Positions 1 through 13,374 of a DNA stretch of 64,000 bases are shown one piece after another. The notes beneath the pieces were generated by a model that ran no database searches, was not told the DNA's origin, and saw nothing but the letters and a program-made list of their open reading frames with translations. The DNA comes from Octopus sinensis. Its lineage: Eukaryota. The stretch spans positions 3,844,001-3,908,000 of the forward strand of contig NC_043008.1 of NCBI RefSeq assembly GCF_006345805.1, given 5' to 3'. Numbering within the stretch: position 1 is the first letter of the stretch; every line of letters begins with the position of its first letter. A program made the translations under genes and the position numbers.

Positions 1-95
1 GACGTTATGGCAGAAGACACTTTCCCAGGGTAAACAGTGAAATCGAACACGAAACCGCCGAACTGCGAAGGGATAAACTTTAATTACTAAAGATC
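1..95 (-). mobile_element. Decayed SINE family A fragment (core and head), cut by the window edge
   Basis: GCAGAAGACACTTTCCCAGGG...AATCGAAC matches GCAGAAGACACTTGCCCAAG...ACTGAAC in the copies at 6758 and 7287. Confidence 0.45.
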
Positions 96-1895
96 TTTAA
101 TTAAGGTTTTATTCAGAACCCAAGACAAAAAAAAAAAAGCTACAGTCGTACTTCGAAAGACATGTATACATTTATTTCATGCCATATAAACCAGGATGTT
201 TAGCTTTACCTGTCGTTTTGGCCTAAAAATGAAATTATTACTGAATGAATGGTTTACTTGTGTGTTATTCATGTTGATATGTCTAACTTCATAATCAGAA
301 TATATTTCTCATTGAAACATGAAAATACTCTCCAGTTGACAAATGCACGCAAATTTAGCTTACATTGTTAAGTGCCTTGATTCTAGTTATAATTTGTCCT
401 CACATGAATGGTTTCAACATGGAAATTGACTTGTGGATTAAGAACTACGAAATCGATTGGAAACTAAGAAACTAGACATTCAGTAATCTCCTTAGAAATT
501 AATACCATCTTAACAAACAGAAAGAATTTTCAAATAATTCACAATGATTATCGCAATAATATGGAAATTTGGTGTCAGCTTCATCCAGAGGATTTTAGGA
601 ACTGTCTCCGTAATGTCTAATTTCGCAATTAAAATGACTGTTGCAGTTGGTGAGCATTCTAATTTATGAGGAACTTTAAATAATGTCATGGGATTTCTCT
701 CTTTTTTATTTTATAATTTCATTTTTTTTTAATTTTATTTTGTTTGCACTGTCCTTTACTCATATCATTGAATAAACCTAGTATTTCAGACTGGGAAGAG
801 TTAGTTTCTCACCAGTTTATTTCAGACACTAAACATTCTAAGTGTTAGTTAAGGAGGGTTGTAATGCTGGGAAAAAAAAACCTTCTGGTTGAAAGATACT
901 TTCTCATGCACGGTTTAACTTGCAGTAAACATATATTTAAAAACTAAGAACGCTCGGTTTGAAACCAAATCAATAATATCAATAAACTCAGAAGAATACC
1001 CACAGAGTATGATGATTGATCTGATTTTGAAAACAAAACGTATGAAAACTGATCAAAAAGATCGGGATAAAGTTCGTTGAGCCGATGCGAGCTAATAGCA
1101 TTTGTTCGTATTGACTTTATAACGTCTATCTCCGACGAAATAACCTTTTGGAAAGACATTACTTTTAAACTATTATTTGTTATCTTCTACAGATTAAAAT
1201 ACTTACAAAATGTACTTTATTTTCTACTTGAATTCCATAGAAAATGTTATTTGGTGCATCTAATAGTAAACATTATCGATTGGTAGGGTAACTTTGATAG
1301 ATCCACTTTAAGAGTTGAGATTATTCATTTATACGACTTTAAAACAGAATCTACAGGAAATCAATTTGATACTCGAGATACAACTTCACTGCACGCAATT
1401 ACAAATGGTTAGACGTTGATTTGTGGCGAGTAATGATTAAAGCATTGAGTCAAACTTGTTTGCATAATGAAAGCTAAATAGAAAAAGAACTGCTTAAAAT
1501 TATCGTAAGTGAAATGTAAGTTTTGAAGATGTCAAAATAAAGGAATCACGTGGAAGAATTAAGTGATAAAGTAAATTTGGATTAAAAGAATAATTAAATG
1601 ATATTGTCCGACCTAATGACAGTTAATGATTCGAGTAGTAACTGTTGACAGCATTAGTTTAATGGAGTTCGGCTAAAGACCTCAATGACTGCGACTATTA
1701 TTGAACAGAAAGTTGGTTGCATTAATGTGATATGATAACATACAGTGTATATAAGAAAGAAATGATAAGAATACCAACGTGATCCTCAGATATGTTAGAA
1801 ATAGCAGCCAAATCGCCTTCAAATCGCAATCTACCATCATAAGCAAGAAGAATACATGTATTGTACATTGTAATTCTAGAGATACTATATCTGAA

Positions 1896-1962
1896 TGTGT
1901 GTGTGTGTGTGTGTGTGAGTGTGTGTGAGTGTGTGAGTGTGTGTGAGTGTGTGTGTGTGTGT

Positions 1963-2001
<39 letters not shown>

Positions 2002-2013
2002 GTGTGTGTGTGT
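1896..2013. repeat. (TG)n microsatellite with GAGT interruptions
   Basis: Read directly; source of the His/Thr-repeat ORFs at 1682 and 1722. Confidence 0.95.
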
Positions 2014-2284
2014 ACAAAACATACGGTAGTTACACCTGGAATATCTTTCATCTTAGATCTGCTGAATAAGAGTTGGCATGTTACTAAATAGCAACAACAT
2101 GAAGACTATCGCGAAATAAGATAGTATAATGTTCAGTAAATATTTTGAGGAATAAATATCAAAAAATAAAACATGAAGCTAAGCGTATTCTTTTAATTAA
2201 TGCATGTAAAGTATGGACTAGTCATGAGGTTTAGGGTTTTGTTTCGAAAACCCGGGGTTTTCAGGTTAGATCAACGTTTCTGCC

Positions 2285-2349
2285 ATAGCACTGGTTTGTG
2301 CATCAATAGCTTCTGAGTGGAATTATGTTGACGGAAAATGTACAAGTCC

Positions 2350-2411
<62 letters not shown>
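2285..2411 (+). mobile_element. SINE family A core fragment running into (TA)n
   Basis: ATAGC...TGAGTGGAATTATGTTGACGGAAAATG resembles TGAGTGGATTTGGTAGACGGAAACTG of family A; pure (TA)n at about 2352-2411. Confidence 0.55.
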
Positions 2412-2416
<5 letters not shown>

Positions 2417-5400
2417 TGTGGGTGTATTTGTGCGTGCGTGTGTGTGTGTGTAAATATACGCGTCGAGTTCGTAAACACAGACGTGTACTCACAATACCCT
2501 TAAAATAACCTTTAAGCAGAAACAGCATGGCATGGCATGTGACAGTGCTGGACCTCTACATTGCAAATACAATTTAACCGGCTAACTTTCAACTAGTTTC
2601 CGCCGCCACAATTTCATTCGCAAGACTTGGGTCGATTCGAGGCACTGGTAACTGACAATTGTTCAAATGCAGATTGAAACCTGCGCATCGTGAATGCGAA
2701 ACAAACTTCTTAACCATCCGGCTATGTTGTGTTCATAAACAGATAGTATAGAGTAGGATTTACGACTATCTGTGTCTGTGGATCATTGTAAATTATTGTT
2801 GTAGACATTTTTACATGGTTTAAGTAGCAAATGTCTTGGTGAAGATGTAGTCACAAAGATCAAGGCAATGTCAGTGACTTTTGCAGGAACTCTAAAGCAG
2901 TGAAGGAAAGAGAAGAAGTCATTCTAATGCGTTGACCGAATTTTTAGGTCTGCGAGTCGCATGAATGTCACACAATCTTATTTCTGCCTCCGGCGAATTT
3001 TCTGCACAGAGTCTGAGTGAAACAGATTTGTAGATATCACATTTGCATGGATCGGCGTTTTATGGTCTTACCTCACAGAGTTGTCTTCAAAAACTGCCGG
3101 ATTTTAAATCTCTTTTCGTCTATCCGAGTTCGATAAACTGTGTCAAATTGATTGAGTATTATCTCTAACCTTAATGTAGAAGGTGTTATGATTAGTGAAA
3201 TGAAATCAATATATATTATTGATTTTATCGTTTGTCTATAGCATAGGAGAGAAAGACACTAGAACTTCAAAGAAATATTCTGCAAATATTCTATAGGCGG
3301 AACTAATGTGCAAGAGAGCCTCTGCAAGACTATTCGATCTGCTGAAAATAGCTGACAAATCTCTAAAACATTACGCACTTCTGTCTCGAAAAGGAAGAAT
3401 CAATTGGATATGCGTTTCTAGATACACCGTATCAAGAATAAATGCTGGACGTTAACGGTTGGAAGATTTTTGGTCTCAGCTTCGCTAAATCAACGATGAT
3501 TTGCAAATTACATCAACTACTCTTAACAATTGCCTATTTATAGAACACGAACCAACGAGGTTAGCGGTCTTCATTAACAGTCTTTTGTTTTAGTCAAAAA
3601 ATAAAAATATACCAGAGATGACAGGAAGTTTCTAATCCGGAGGGTTGCATCAAGCAGAAATTGTTGGCACTTTTAGCAGACAATTCTCATGCGAAATACG
3701 ATTGAAGTCATTGTTAGAATTTTCACCTAAAATCTTATTGGCAAGTGGCACTGTTTTATGTTATCACTGTGTTGTTCATCAGAGGAATACCAGGAGTAAT
3801 TTGTTAGCTTCTATTGATTTCTAAATTCTTCTTATTGTTGTTATTGTTGTTAGCAACTGATCATCAGCTGTGCTCTAGTAGACCTATGATCAAAGTTATG
3901 CCTATTTCTCTCGATTAAGTATATGTAGGACTACATTATACAATGCATCCTTAATCTCTTTCTTTTCAGGTCGTAGAGTGATTTGGGGAAAGTATTATGA
4001 TTATTATATCTAACATCTCGGGCACATTGGGTACAGCCCTGATAAGTTAAAGTAATTTTGCAAAGCCTTCATTTTAATAGCATAATCAAAATTCCCATTT
4101 ATAATGTAATCTAATCTTTTGTACTCGTGTATAAGAATGTATGATATTTTAATTCAAATAGAGTAATTCTTTATCTCATACTTGTCATTATATTCGTTGC
4201 TTTGTCTCGAATTATTTTTCATTTGAATTTATAATACACAAATATAAAGATATAGTGATTCCAGTTCTATCTCTCTCTGTCTCTCCCTCCCTCTCTTCCT
4301 CTCCCTTTCTCAATCTCTCACTCTCTCTTTATACACATATTTGCAATATAATCTGAAAATTGATTGAAGTTATATCATATCTTTCGCTTTAAAATAACAA
4401 ATATCGTATAATTATCGGTAAATATATTCAAATTTATATTCGTTCAGTTATTTAAGATGTCCAGGTTTTCGTAGCAAATCGCATGTAACTAAGTTGCTAA
4501 TATACCGATTACGAAGTGGTGTCAGGAAAATGCATTCCATCACTGGGGTGCGTCTTTGTGTTTATATCCGACAACTTGAACTCTAAACTTCTCGGTGGGT
4601 ATTCCCTATTTTGGAAACACTTTTAGCATTACCCCAACTTGTAGTACAGAAATTACTTTATTCTATAGCTGAATCTAGGAGAATAATTGTATCCTACACG
4701 CGCCAGATAAAAGCCAGTTTGAATGATTAAGCCAAGGTAAATATCTTTGGCTGTGAATCGTCATGTAATTGATTCAACCATCATAGAAAAAGACAGAGCT
4801 GACGAGGAAACAAATTTTGATACATCTTTATAGTTTAGACACTTATTAGAGCTTACGTCTGAGTTTTCATTATTATGAAGATTTCATCTTTACTACTGAT
4901 TCTTGAGAAAAAGTCATTGGCACAGCCTATTAAAAGCAAATTGTCATAATAACTTTCTTGTGATTGCTGATGCAAACAATTTATTTCAGATGCATCGACA
5001 GTTAGAAATGAATGAACAACATATAACTTACTCTCGTCTATCAACATTTCAGGCTGAGTGATCACAGTTTTTGCCTAGCTTATGTTTTAATGCCATACAG
5101 CGAGTAATCATAGCGGTGAAATAGCACTAGTTGCATTCTCAAACACTTAACTTTGAGAGCGTTGTAAAGTAGAAGCAAGCAATTTACTTGAAATTTACAG
5201 AAACAGGCCGAGTCAAGAATTTACATTCGATTCCCAGTTAAAAGGTAAAGCAATCATTGTGCAAACGAAAAATTTCGTTTCATTTTGAATTGACACAATA
5301 TCATGACATATTGTTTATTAATATATATTTTATATCACAATTGGTAGCGCCGTCGGCTACAAGATTCCTATGATTCAGTTACTGGTATGCTACATTTATA

Positions 5401-5425
5401 ACGTAGTTGTGACAAGATATTGTAT

Positions 5426-5659
5426 ATTATTTCTTTATTGCCCACAAAGGGCTAAACGTAGAAGGGACAAACAAGGACAGACAAAGGGATTAAGTCGATT
5501 ACATCGACCCCAGGGCATAACTGGTACTTAATTTATCGACACCGAAAGGATGAAAGGCAAAGTCGACCTCGGCGGAATTTGAACTCAGAACGTAACGGCA
5601 GACGAAATACCGCTAAGTATTTCGCCCGGTGTGATAACGTTTCTGCCAGCTCGCCGCCT
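5426..5659 (-). mobile_element. Full-length tRNA-derived SINE, family B (octopus OR-type)
   Basis: Minus strand reads AGGCGGCGAGCTGGCAGAAACG (A-box-like) ... GAGTTCAAATTCC (B-box) ... GTCGATGTAATCGAC hairpin ... AATAAAGAAATAA tail. Homologous copies at 38651, 47801 and 61202-62120. Confidence 0.9.
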
Positions 5660-6477
5660 ATATACAGTACAAATATTGAGATTTCTTTAGGAAAGCATTT
5701 TTTTTCCTGAAGTAAATGATTTTTAACCACACACAGCTACGAGTGGGAGTTGAAATTCAGAAGTATCATTATATTTTCCGTTTAAATATTAATAACATAA
5801 AAATATCAATACAAGTTGTTTTTGAAGTTTTAGACATAGAGTTTGATTAACATCTTCAATTTACATCGTCGCTGAAACAAAAGTATTTCGGTAACATGGA
5901 TTTTGACCAATGAAGACCTATCACGGACTGCAGTTTATTTGATGTTATCGTGGGGTCAAATATTGCAGATTAGACTTCACATATAACTGCAATTAATATC
6001 ACATCTCGAACTCAATAATAAGACGGACTAAAGAGATGCGGGAGTTTGGTGTAAGTTGCTTCCAGTGTATTTTCATTTGTAATATATCCCGAAATACTGA
6101 AACTTGTAAAACGGTAGTTCATTTAATAATAACGACTGCGTCATCTGTCATACGATTGCTATTCTTGTACATACTTTTGTCAATTTTAATAAAATCAGAT
6201 ATTGGCAGAGGTAATAAGTCTACCTTTTTTTTCATATTACAAAAAGTTTATACAAAATAATGAAATGAATTCAAATTTCTCAAATACAAATAATCATAAA
6301 AATTAAGAAGTTAGTAAATTTTAAAAAATCCTATTTCTACGTTCGCAATATGCGTATGTTTGTAGAAGTAACAGATTGATGGATTGCATGTTGGATAGTA
6401 GATCGTTACTAGTGTAACCAAATAACCAATAATGAGTAGCGTTCGAGTTCATGGTCATCGTCAGTGATGTTGAATAT

Positions 6478-6479
<2 letters not shown>

Positions 6480-6532
<53 letters not shown>

Positions 6533-6684
6533 CACTTTTTTTCTCTCTCTCTCTCTCTCCCTCTCTCTCTCTCCCTCACTCTCTCTCTCTCCTCACACAC
6601 GAAGTTATACTTGTATTTATGCATGTGTTTCTCGCTCTCCATAAATATGCAAACTCTGCATTCACGCCCATATAATCTTTCCTT

Positions 6685-6757
<73 letters not shown>
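6480..6757. repeat. (CT)n tract (about 6480-6595) and (TA)n tract (about 6688-6757)
   Basis: Read directly. Confidence 0.95.
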
Positions 6758-7129
6758 CTCTTTACTCTTTCTCTCTTTCACTTGTTTCAGTCACTTGACT
6801 GCGGCCATGCTGGAGCACCACCTTTTAGTACTTATTCTATCGGTCTCTTTTTGCCGAACCGCTAAGTGACGGGGACCTAAATACACCAGCATCGGTTGTC
6901 AAGCAATGCTAGGCGGACAAACACAGACACACAAACACACGCATACATATATATATACATATATACGACAGGCTTCTTTCAGTTTCCGTCTACCAAATCC
7001 ACTCACAAGGCATTGGTCGGCCCGGGGCTATAGCAGAAGACACTTGCCCAAGATGCCACGCAGTGGGACTGAACCCGCAACCGTGTGGTTGGTTAGCAAG
7101 CTACTTACCACACAGCCACTCCTGCGCCT
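6758..7129 (-). mobile_element. Near full-length tRNA-derived SINE, family A, embedded in (TA)n
   Basis: Minus strand: AGGCGCAGGAGTGGCTGTGTGGTAAG head, GGTTCAGTCCC B-box, TTGGGCAAGTGTCTT core, internal TA/TG repeat, GGTGCTCCAGCATGGCCGCAGTC...GAAACAAG tail. (TA)n on both sides. Confidence 0.9.
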
Positions 7130-7286
7130 ATATATATATATATATATATATACAAAATTATGTTACATATGTCACATATTTTTAATCTTCGGATTTTTTA
7201 AATATGCTAAGCCACTGGTTTTAAGTGATTAATATCAATTTTACCCTTATTATTTAATTTATATAATATATATATATATAATATTA

Positions 7287-7654
7287 TTCTTTTACTTCTT
7301 TCAATCCTTTGATTGGAGCACCGCCTTTAGTCGAACAAATCGACTCCAGAACTTATTCTTTGTAAACTTAGCACTTATTCTATCGGTCTCTTTTGCCGAA
7401 CCGCTAAGTTACGGAGACGTAAACATACCAACATCGGTTCTCAAGTGATGGCGGTGTACAAACACAGGCACATACAAATATATATATATACGACGGGTTT
7501 CTTTCAGTTTCCGTCTGCCAAATTCACTCACAAGGCTTTGGTCGGTCCGATGCCATAGTGGAAGACACTTGCCCAAGGTGCTACGCGGTGGGACTGAACC
7601 CGGAACCATGTTGTTGAGAAGTAAGCTTCTTACCACACAACCACTCCTGCGCCT
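7287..7654 (-). mobile_element. Near full-length SINE family A, second tandem copy
   Basis: Colinear with 6758-7129 and in the same orientation, with independent indels. Confidence 0.9.
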
Positions 7655-7658
7655 AAAA
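7655..7658 (-). terminator. Pol III-type TTTT terminator 7 nt downstream of the tRNA-Ser-like gene
   Basis: Plus strand AAAA at 7655-7658; minus strand reads ...GACG TTTGACA TTTT AGGCGCAGG (SINE head). Confidence 0.45.
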
Positions 7659-7665
7659 TGTCAAA

Positions 7666-7747
7666 CGTCGCTGATAGGATTCGAGCCAATGTGGGGAGAG
7701 ACCAATGGATTTCTAGTTCATCTTCTAAACCACTCGGCCACGACCAC
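7666..7747 (-). pseudogene. tRNA-Ser(AGA) pseudogene, 82 nt, no intron, no CCA
   Basis: Minus strand GTGGTCG TG GCCGAGTGGTTTAGAA G ATGAA CT-AGA-AA TCCAT TGGTCTCTCCCCAC ATTGG CTCGAAT CCTAT CAGCGAC G aligns end to end with metazoan tRNA-Ser-AGA (long variable arm). Mismatches in the acceptor, D, anticodon and T stems and CTCG for TTCG indicate decay. Confidence 0.85.
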
Positions 7748-8794
7748 TGTATACACACACACACAAACAGACACACACACACACACATACATACATCCAC
7801 ATGTTGTTAGTCCTTTTGGTTGTGGAGACACAAATCCTAAGTGACGGTGTCTCCCTTTTCAAAATCCTTCCGCCAAATGAAAACATTTATATCGAGAGTG
7901 GTACTCGTAGTAGAAGAAACAAGAGGAGGGTAAGAGGAGAGAAAGAAGTAGTGACCATTAGAAGTGAAGGTGGAGTTGGCGCACTATTTGTTGCAGTTAT
8001 ATAAGAGGTATATCAACTGTAGTAGGCAGTGAGAGAGGAAGCAAGTATAATTCCATATAAGCTAGCGTGACTAAGCAACCAATAATGAGTATTATTAGTA
8101 TTGATAGATGCTGTCAATCATATGGTCCTGTCGCACCAACTTACAACTTTAATGATCCTATATGATAATGCACTACTGCGCAATGATGGCGACTGGATAC
8201 GGACATCGACAGAAGTTTGACACTCCATTAACTATCATTCGTACAAATTACATTTTGCATATAAAGTATGTTTTTCAAAAACAGAAAGAAAGACGAAAGA
8301 GAGAAAATAATGAAGAAAAAATTGTCTCCCAATGTCTTCAACCGCATCACTTAAAACAAAGAAAAAGAAACAAAATAAATACAAAGAAAATAGAAACAAA
8401 AAAGAGAGAACGAAATTACTGAAGCAAAAATAATTTCATATAACATTCCAATTAAATTTTGTAAGCTATGTTTTACATTTGTCTTACAGGGCAATCTTTT
8501 ATTGGACTCCGGAGGATATATAGTGGATAAATCCAATTTATCCGAAATCTTTTGCCAGACCAATAATTTTAATACCCCTTCATTTATAAATGTCAAAATG
8601 TTATCAGTAATGAATTCTGGATATTCTTTCATTCTTTCACTGGCTTCCGTCGAATGTATAAAACTCTTGCAAGTTGGCTCGTATTTACCTTGTCGACCAC
8701 GACGTAGACGATGAAAGAAAAGTTGGGATTTGAACTCAGAAACTAAAAGGTTGGAACATATGCCGTACGGTATTTTGTACGATGCTCTAAAAAA

Positions 8795-8856
8795 GGAGGA
8801 GAAGGAGGAGGAGGAGAAGAAGAAGAAGAAGAAGAAGAAGAAGAAGAAGAAGAAGA
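8795..8856. repeat. (GGA)n/(GAA)n purine tract
   Basis: Read directly. Confidence 0.9.
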
Positions 8857-9473
8857 GTGAAGATGATGGAGAGAGAATGCAGAGGGCAATAGTTTCCTTC
8901 TAATTTAGAAAAATATATAGCTGAATGCTATACAGGCAGATCACTGGATAATACATAAATCTGATATGCTTATCCATCACTAAACTCACACAAAATTGCT
9001 AATTATGGACATATGAATACCACATGACTGTTCCGTTGTGCACTACTAAATTGACAAGCTAAGCAGTCAAGGAATGTGTTTAACTAGTCATTGACAAATT
9101 ACCTCTAAGGATAGACACGCAGGTTCTAAAAAACTAGTAATACCAGAATAAGTAAGCGGTATTAGGATAATCTTACAGAACACGTGTTAAGCTTGAACGA
9201 TTCCCCCCCCCCCCGGTTAATTGTAAGTCTATTTCTAAACTCCGAACGCTTTCTTTCACCTGACACATTCTTGCTAACTCTGGATACTTGTGGAATATTT
9301 CCCTTTGAATAATTTTGTTAAACTTCAACGCTTATACTCGTGTTCTACATGTACCTAAAATCACATGACAAAAAAGCGATACTCTTCGTGTTTTTTTCTC
9401 AAACTAGGAATATTAAAAATAACAATGATGATGCTGAGGAGGAGGGGATGATGATGGAGGGGATGATGATGAG

Positions 9474-9504
<31 letters not shown>

Positions 9505-10016
9505 ACAACAATTTTAAAATGCAATAAATAAAGTTTGCTTCGAGCACAAGATAAAACGAATATTTGAATACCGTGCGACTTAAATCGTAGTTGGAAATAT
9601 TCTTCGATATTTCTGTTTGATGTTTTCTTCAATCATGTTGTTTCCTGTTTTGGTATTCATTAATGTATACTTAATGTATATCATTATAGTCAAATTATAA
9701 CTCTTCGTGTTGCAAATTCAAAATTTTCTATGCGATGCATAAATTTGCATGAGATTTTCATACTATCGACATGACACTGTATGTTTAACAAACATATTGA
9801 AGTAGCTTATCTTTACAATTAGGGTCACTGATGCTTTATAATGACTTCTAAAATATTACCATCAAATGGCAGACATAACACACACTGTAGTTTACCTTTA
9901 GACAGGTGTTAACACCTTTAATTTCGAGAGATATATCTCCGCTCTACATAGATGTGTATGTGCCTGTATATGTATGTAAAAATATATATGAGCGTGTATA
10001 TGTTTGTGTGTGTATA

Positions 10017-10054
<38 letters not shown>

Positions 10055-10744
10055 TTATATACATATACATACATATATATATATACACATATATATGCAT
10101 ATCTACCTATATGTGTGTGTGTGGATGGGTGTGTATAAATATGTAATGTTGTAAGACACCCTCCTGTTCATCATCGGTTATTTGTACACATACATAGGTG
10201 TCTGTGTGTGGTGTGTATGTATGACTATGTGTGCATACCCGTGCAAAATCGCTGATATATATACACAGACGAAGATGGAATAAGACAGTTACTTGATTAG
10301 GGACACGCCACATCTCTTGTGTATGTTTATTTAATATATCTAAAACCCTAGAAAACGCCAAATAACTATAATTAGCTAATATCAAACTAGTTTATACAAT
10401 CATGGACTGTTGAAGCATCTATCTAACATATTATTCTATCTGCCACGAATATACATGCAAGTTAGACTTTAACCACATTTCGCTTTGGAATGAAATCGAA
10501 GACGTAATATAGTTGACGTAACAACTTTTGATAAAGGTGCAAGGTCAGAAATTTAGAAGAACTGAAGAATCGTTCAGATTAATTCCAGTAATTGCCTGAA
10601 ACTATTATAACGACTCTCAGAAGGATGACAGACAATCTTAACCGATGGAATTTGAAATTACAGCTTCATGAGCCAGGAGGACAATCGCAAGTCACAGCTA
10701 CAAAGAGAATTTCAAATGTTTTGAAACTTTTTTCAGGAGAGATA

Positions 10745-11124
10745 TTTACTGATTTCAAATAAGTACACTGACTTGACTTCATTGCACCTGTAGCGTTGCA
10801 ACCACTTCCCGAAGGCCCCTGGGAAGTCCTCTAAAATGAAGATGTCCTCGTCAGAGCCTTTTTCCTCTTCTTCATTTCTTCAAGACCATTGTCCCTAATG
10901 TTCTTCAGCTTCGGGAACGGCAAATAACACAGGGGAGCAAGGTCTGGACTGAAAGGAGGATGAGGGTCAGTTCTGATGCCCATATCTGTGAAGTAGTTGG
11001 TTACCAGGATAGACTTGTGGTCAGGTTCATTGTCCTGGTGCAGTTGTCACCGACCCGGTTTAAGAAATCTGATCTTTTGCGACGAAATCTCTTTCTGAAC
11101 TCCTTCAAAAGCTCAAAAAAGTTC
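10745..11124 (-). mobile_element. Mariner transposase relic (catalytic and C-terminal part), frameshifted
   Basis: Manual minus-strand translation: FFELLKEFRKRFRRKR / HQDNEPDHKSILVTNYFTDMGIRTDPHPPFSPDLAP..FPKLK / WLQRY. Contains the mariner HxDNAxxH and (Y/F)SPDLAP motifs; the 5' side is replaced by (CA)n. Confidence 0.9.
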
Positions 11125-11362
11125 ACACACACATACACACACACATGCACACACACACATACACACACACACATGCACACATACACATACACACACACAC
11201 TTTTTCGAAACAACAAGTGGGAAATTCTGATATGAGCGAAATTCGCATAATTCTAGTATGAAGTATTTGTGTAGAAGCTCACATTCGAAACAGAAATGTG
11301 ATTCTGGAGGAACATTTAACATATACTTCATGCTTCATATAATATTGCTTCTTTGTCTGCTT

Positions 11363-11424
11363 GGCTGGTCGGTTGGTCGGTCGGTCGGTCGGTCGGTCGG
11401 TCGGTTGGCGGCTTGGCTGGTTGG
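11363..11424. repeat. (GGTC)n/(GGCT)n tetranucleotide tract
   Basis: Read directly. Confidence 0.9.
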
Positions 11425-11587
11425 GTTTTCAAAAAGGCAGGATTAAATCTTCATTAGATTACAATTTTAAACATGATCAGAATTGTCACTATTTGAATTA
11501 TGTCACAAAATGCGTCTCCTACAACAACCTAAGTATGAAATCAATGAGCACAAGTGTGTGTATGTGTGTGCGTGAGAGGTGCGAGGG

Positions 11588-11598
11588 TGATATATATA

Positions 11599-11648
<50 letters not shown>

Positions 11649-11704
11649 GTATGTATGTATGTATGTATGTATGTATGTATGTATGTATGTATGTATGTAT
11701 ATAT
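11588..11704. repeat. Compound (TA)n-(TATG)n microsatellite
   Basis: Read directly. Confidence 0.95.
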
Positions 11705-11932
11705 ACTCACGCACAAACAGTCACCATGTAACATAAACTAATATATGATTGAGGCTTCACATGGGTTAAGTTGCAATTAAGCAAAAAATACTGAATACTA
11801 TTAATTAAGTTAGAATAACATTTATTTAAAGACCAGGGTCTGTGGGTTACTCTACTCTGATTTTCTGGTGCAAACCACCAAACGAGAGATAACCTCTGAC
11901 CTTAGAACATACATTCAAACACGCGTTGCACA

Positions 11933-12002
<70 letters not shown>

Positions 12003-12130
12003 GGGGGTCAGTTCATTGTTGTGTAAGTGCTATAATTGGTCATCCGTCAGGTTCCAAGTCACAGCAAAGGTTGTAGCCAAGCATCCGTAGTAGGCTCCCG
12101 AGTTAGCAGGTATATATATTTGTGTGTGTG

Positions 12131-12165
<35 letters not shown>

Positions 12166-12429
12166 CGTGTGCGTGTGTGTGTGTTTGTGTATGTGTGTGT
12201 GTCTGTGCGTATATATATACACATGTATATAGGTAGGAGGAATGGAAACACGCCTTCTAACCACTTTACTGTGGTGTCTTACGTGTACGATCATCAAGGG
12301 TATGTTTTTTATCTCGTGTTTTCTTTTATTTTAACTTCATACAAGCATGCATGATCCCCAATCACCGGCCAGGGCTTTCAACTAATTAAGATAGCAACAC
12401 GTAACATAGGGTAGTTTTAAACAAGTGTT

Positions 12430-12618
12430 AGTAGGTGGAACAAGCACAAACACAAACACACACATATATATGCGACCGGCTTCTTTCAGTTTCCATCTTC
12501 CAAATTTACTCACAAGCCCAAGGCTATCGTATAAGAGACTGTCCAAAGTGCCTGGCGAGGGAAGGAACCGGAACCATGTGGCTGGCAAGCAAGCGTCTAA
12601 CCGCACAGCCACAGCTGT
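12430..12618 (-). mobile_element. SINE family A, 5' half, decayed
   Basis: GGCTTCTTTCAGTTTCCATCTTCCAAATTTACTCACAAG...GAACCGGAACCATGTGG matches 6965-7120. Confidence 0.8.
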
Positions 12619-12934
12619 ATCTATGTTTAAAACTTACCTGATGATATCCAATTTTTACCATGATGTAATCTAAGAATTTAACAATAAAATGGCGCCGAGA
12701 CGCTTGTTATGAATCCCCCCCTCCTTGTTTTCTTTTGTGTATGTGTTCCATCTCTGCGTTGGATCTACCGTTCATATTGGATTGGCTACCTACGTATATA
12801 TGTATGTGTGTATAAAGAAGGATAAGATCGTTGTTTTGAATGGCGACCAAATCTAGTGGCAGCATGGGAAGAAAAAAATCCTTATAGTATATAATAATTA
12901 TTGAAATTAATAATTATGTATCTGTATATGTGTA

Positions 12935-13013
<79 letters not shown>

Positions 13014-13374
13014 TCGACGTGTGCATCTATATTCATATAGTTTACTACCAACAAACGTCAACTGAGAGTTGCTTAAACGTAACGCATTCTTAGATCTTGG
13101 CGCCCTGAATGCTGATATCACTCGATCCTAAGGAATCCTGCAACTGGTTTATATGTGTGTGTTTGTATGTATATATATATATATATATACATATGTAGTC
13201 ATATATGTGTATAAGTATTATGTATGTATACATATTCTAGTTTATATACTGCGTTCTCTTTCACTCGTTTCTTAATACCAAAAATAACAACGAATGCGTG
13301 TGCGTGTGTATCTGTGTCTGTGTGCGCGTGTGTGTTTGTACCCTGTACAGAAAAATCGAGTGCATTCAAAATTT

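Noticed and set aside
2246-2262. 17-bp palindrome GAAAACCC-G-GGGTTTTC next to a single TTAGGG
   Set aside because: Single short occurrence; no telomeric array or element context.
4798-4812. CTGACGA-G-GAAAC hammerhead core words
   Set aside because: No stem II, no stem I pairing and no downstream UH in register; expected by chance.
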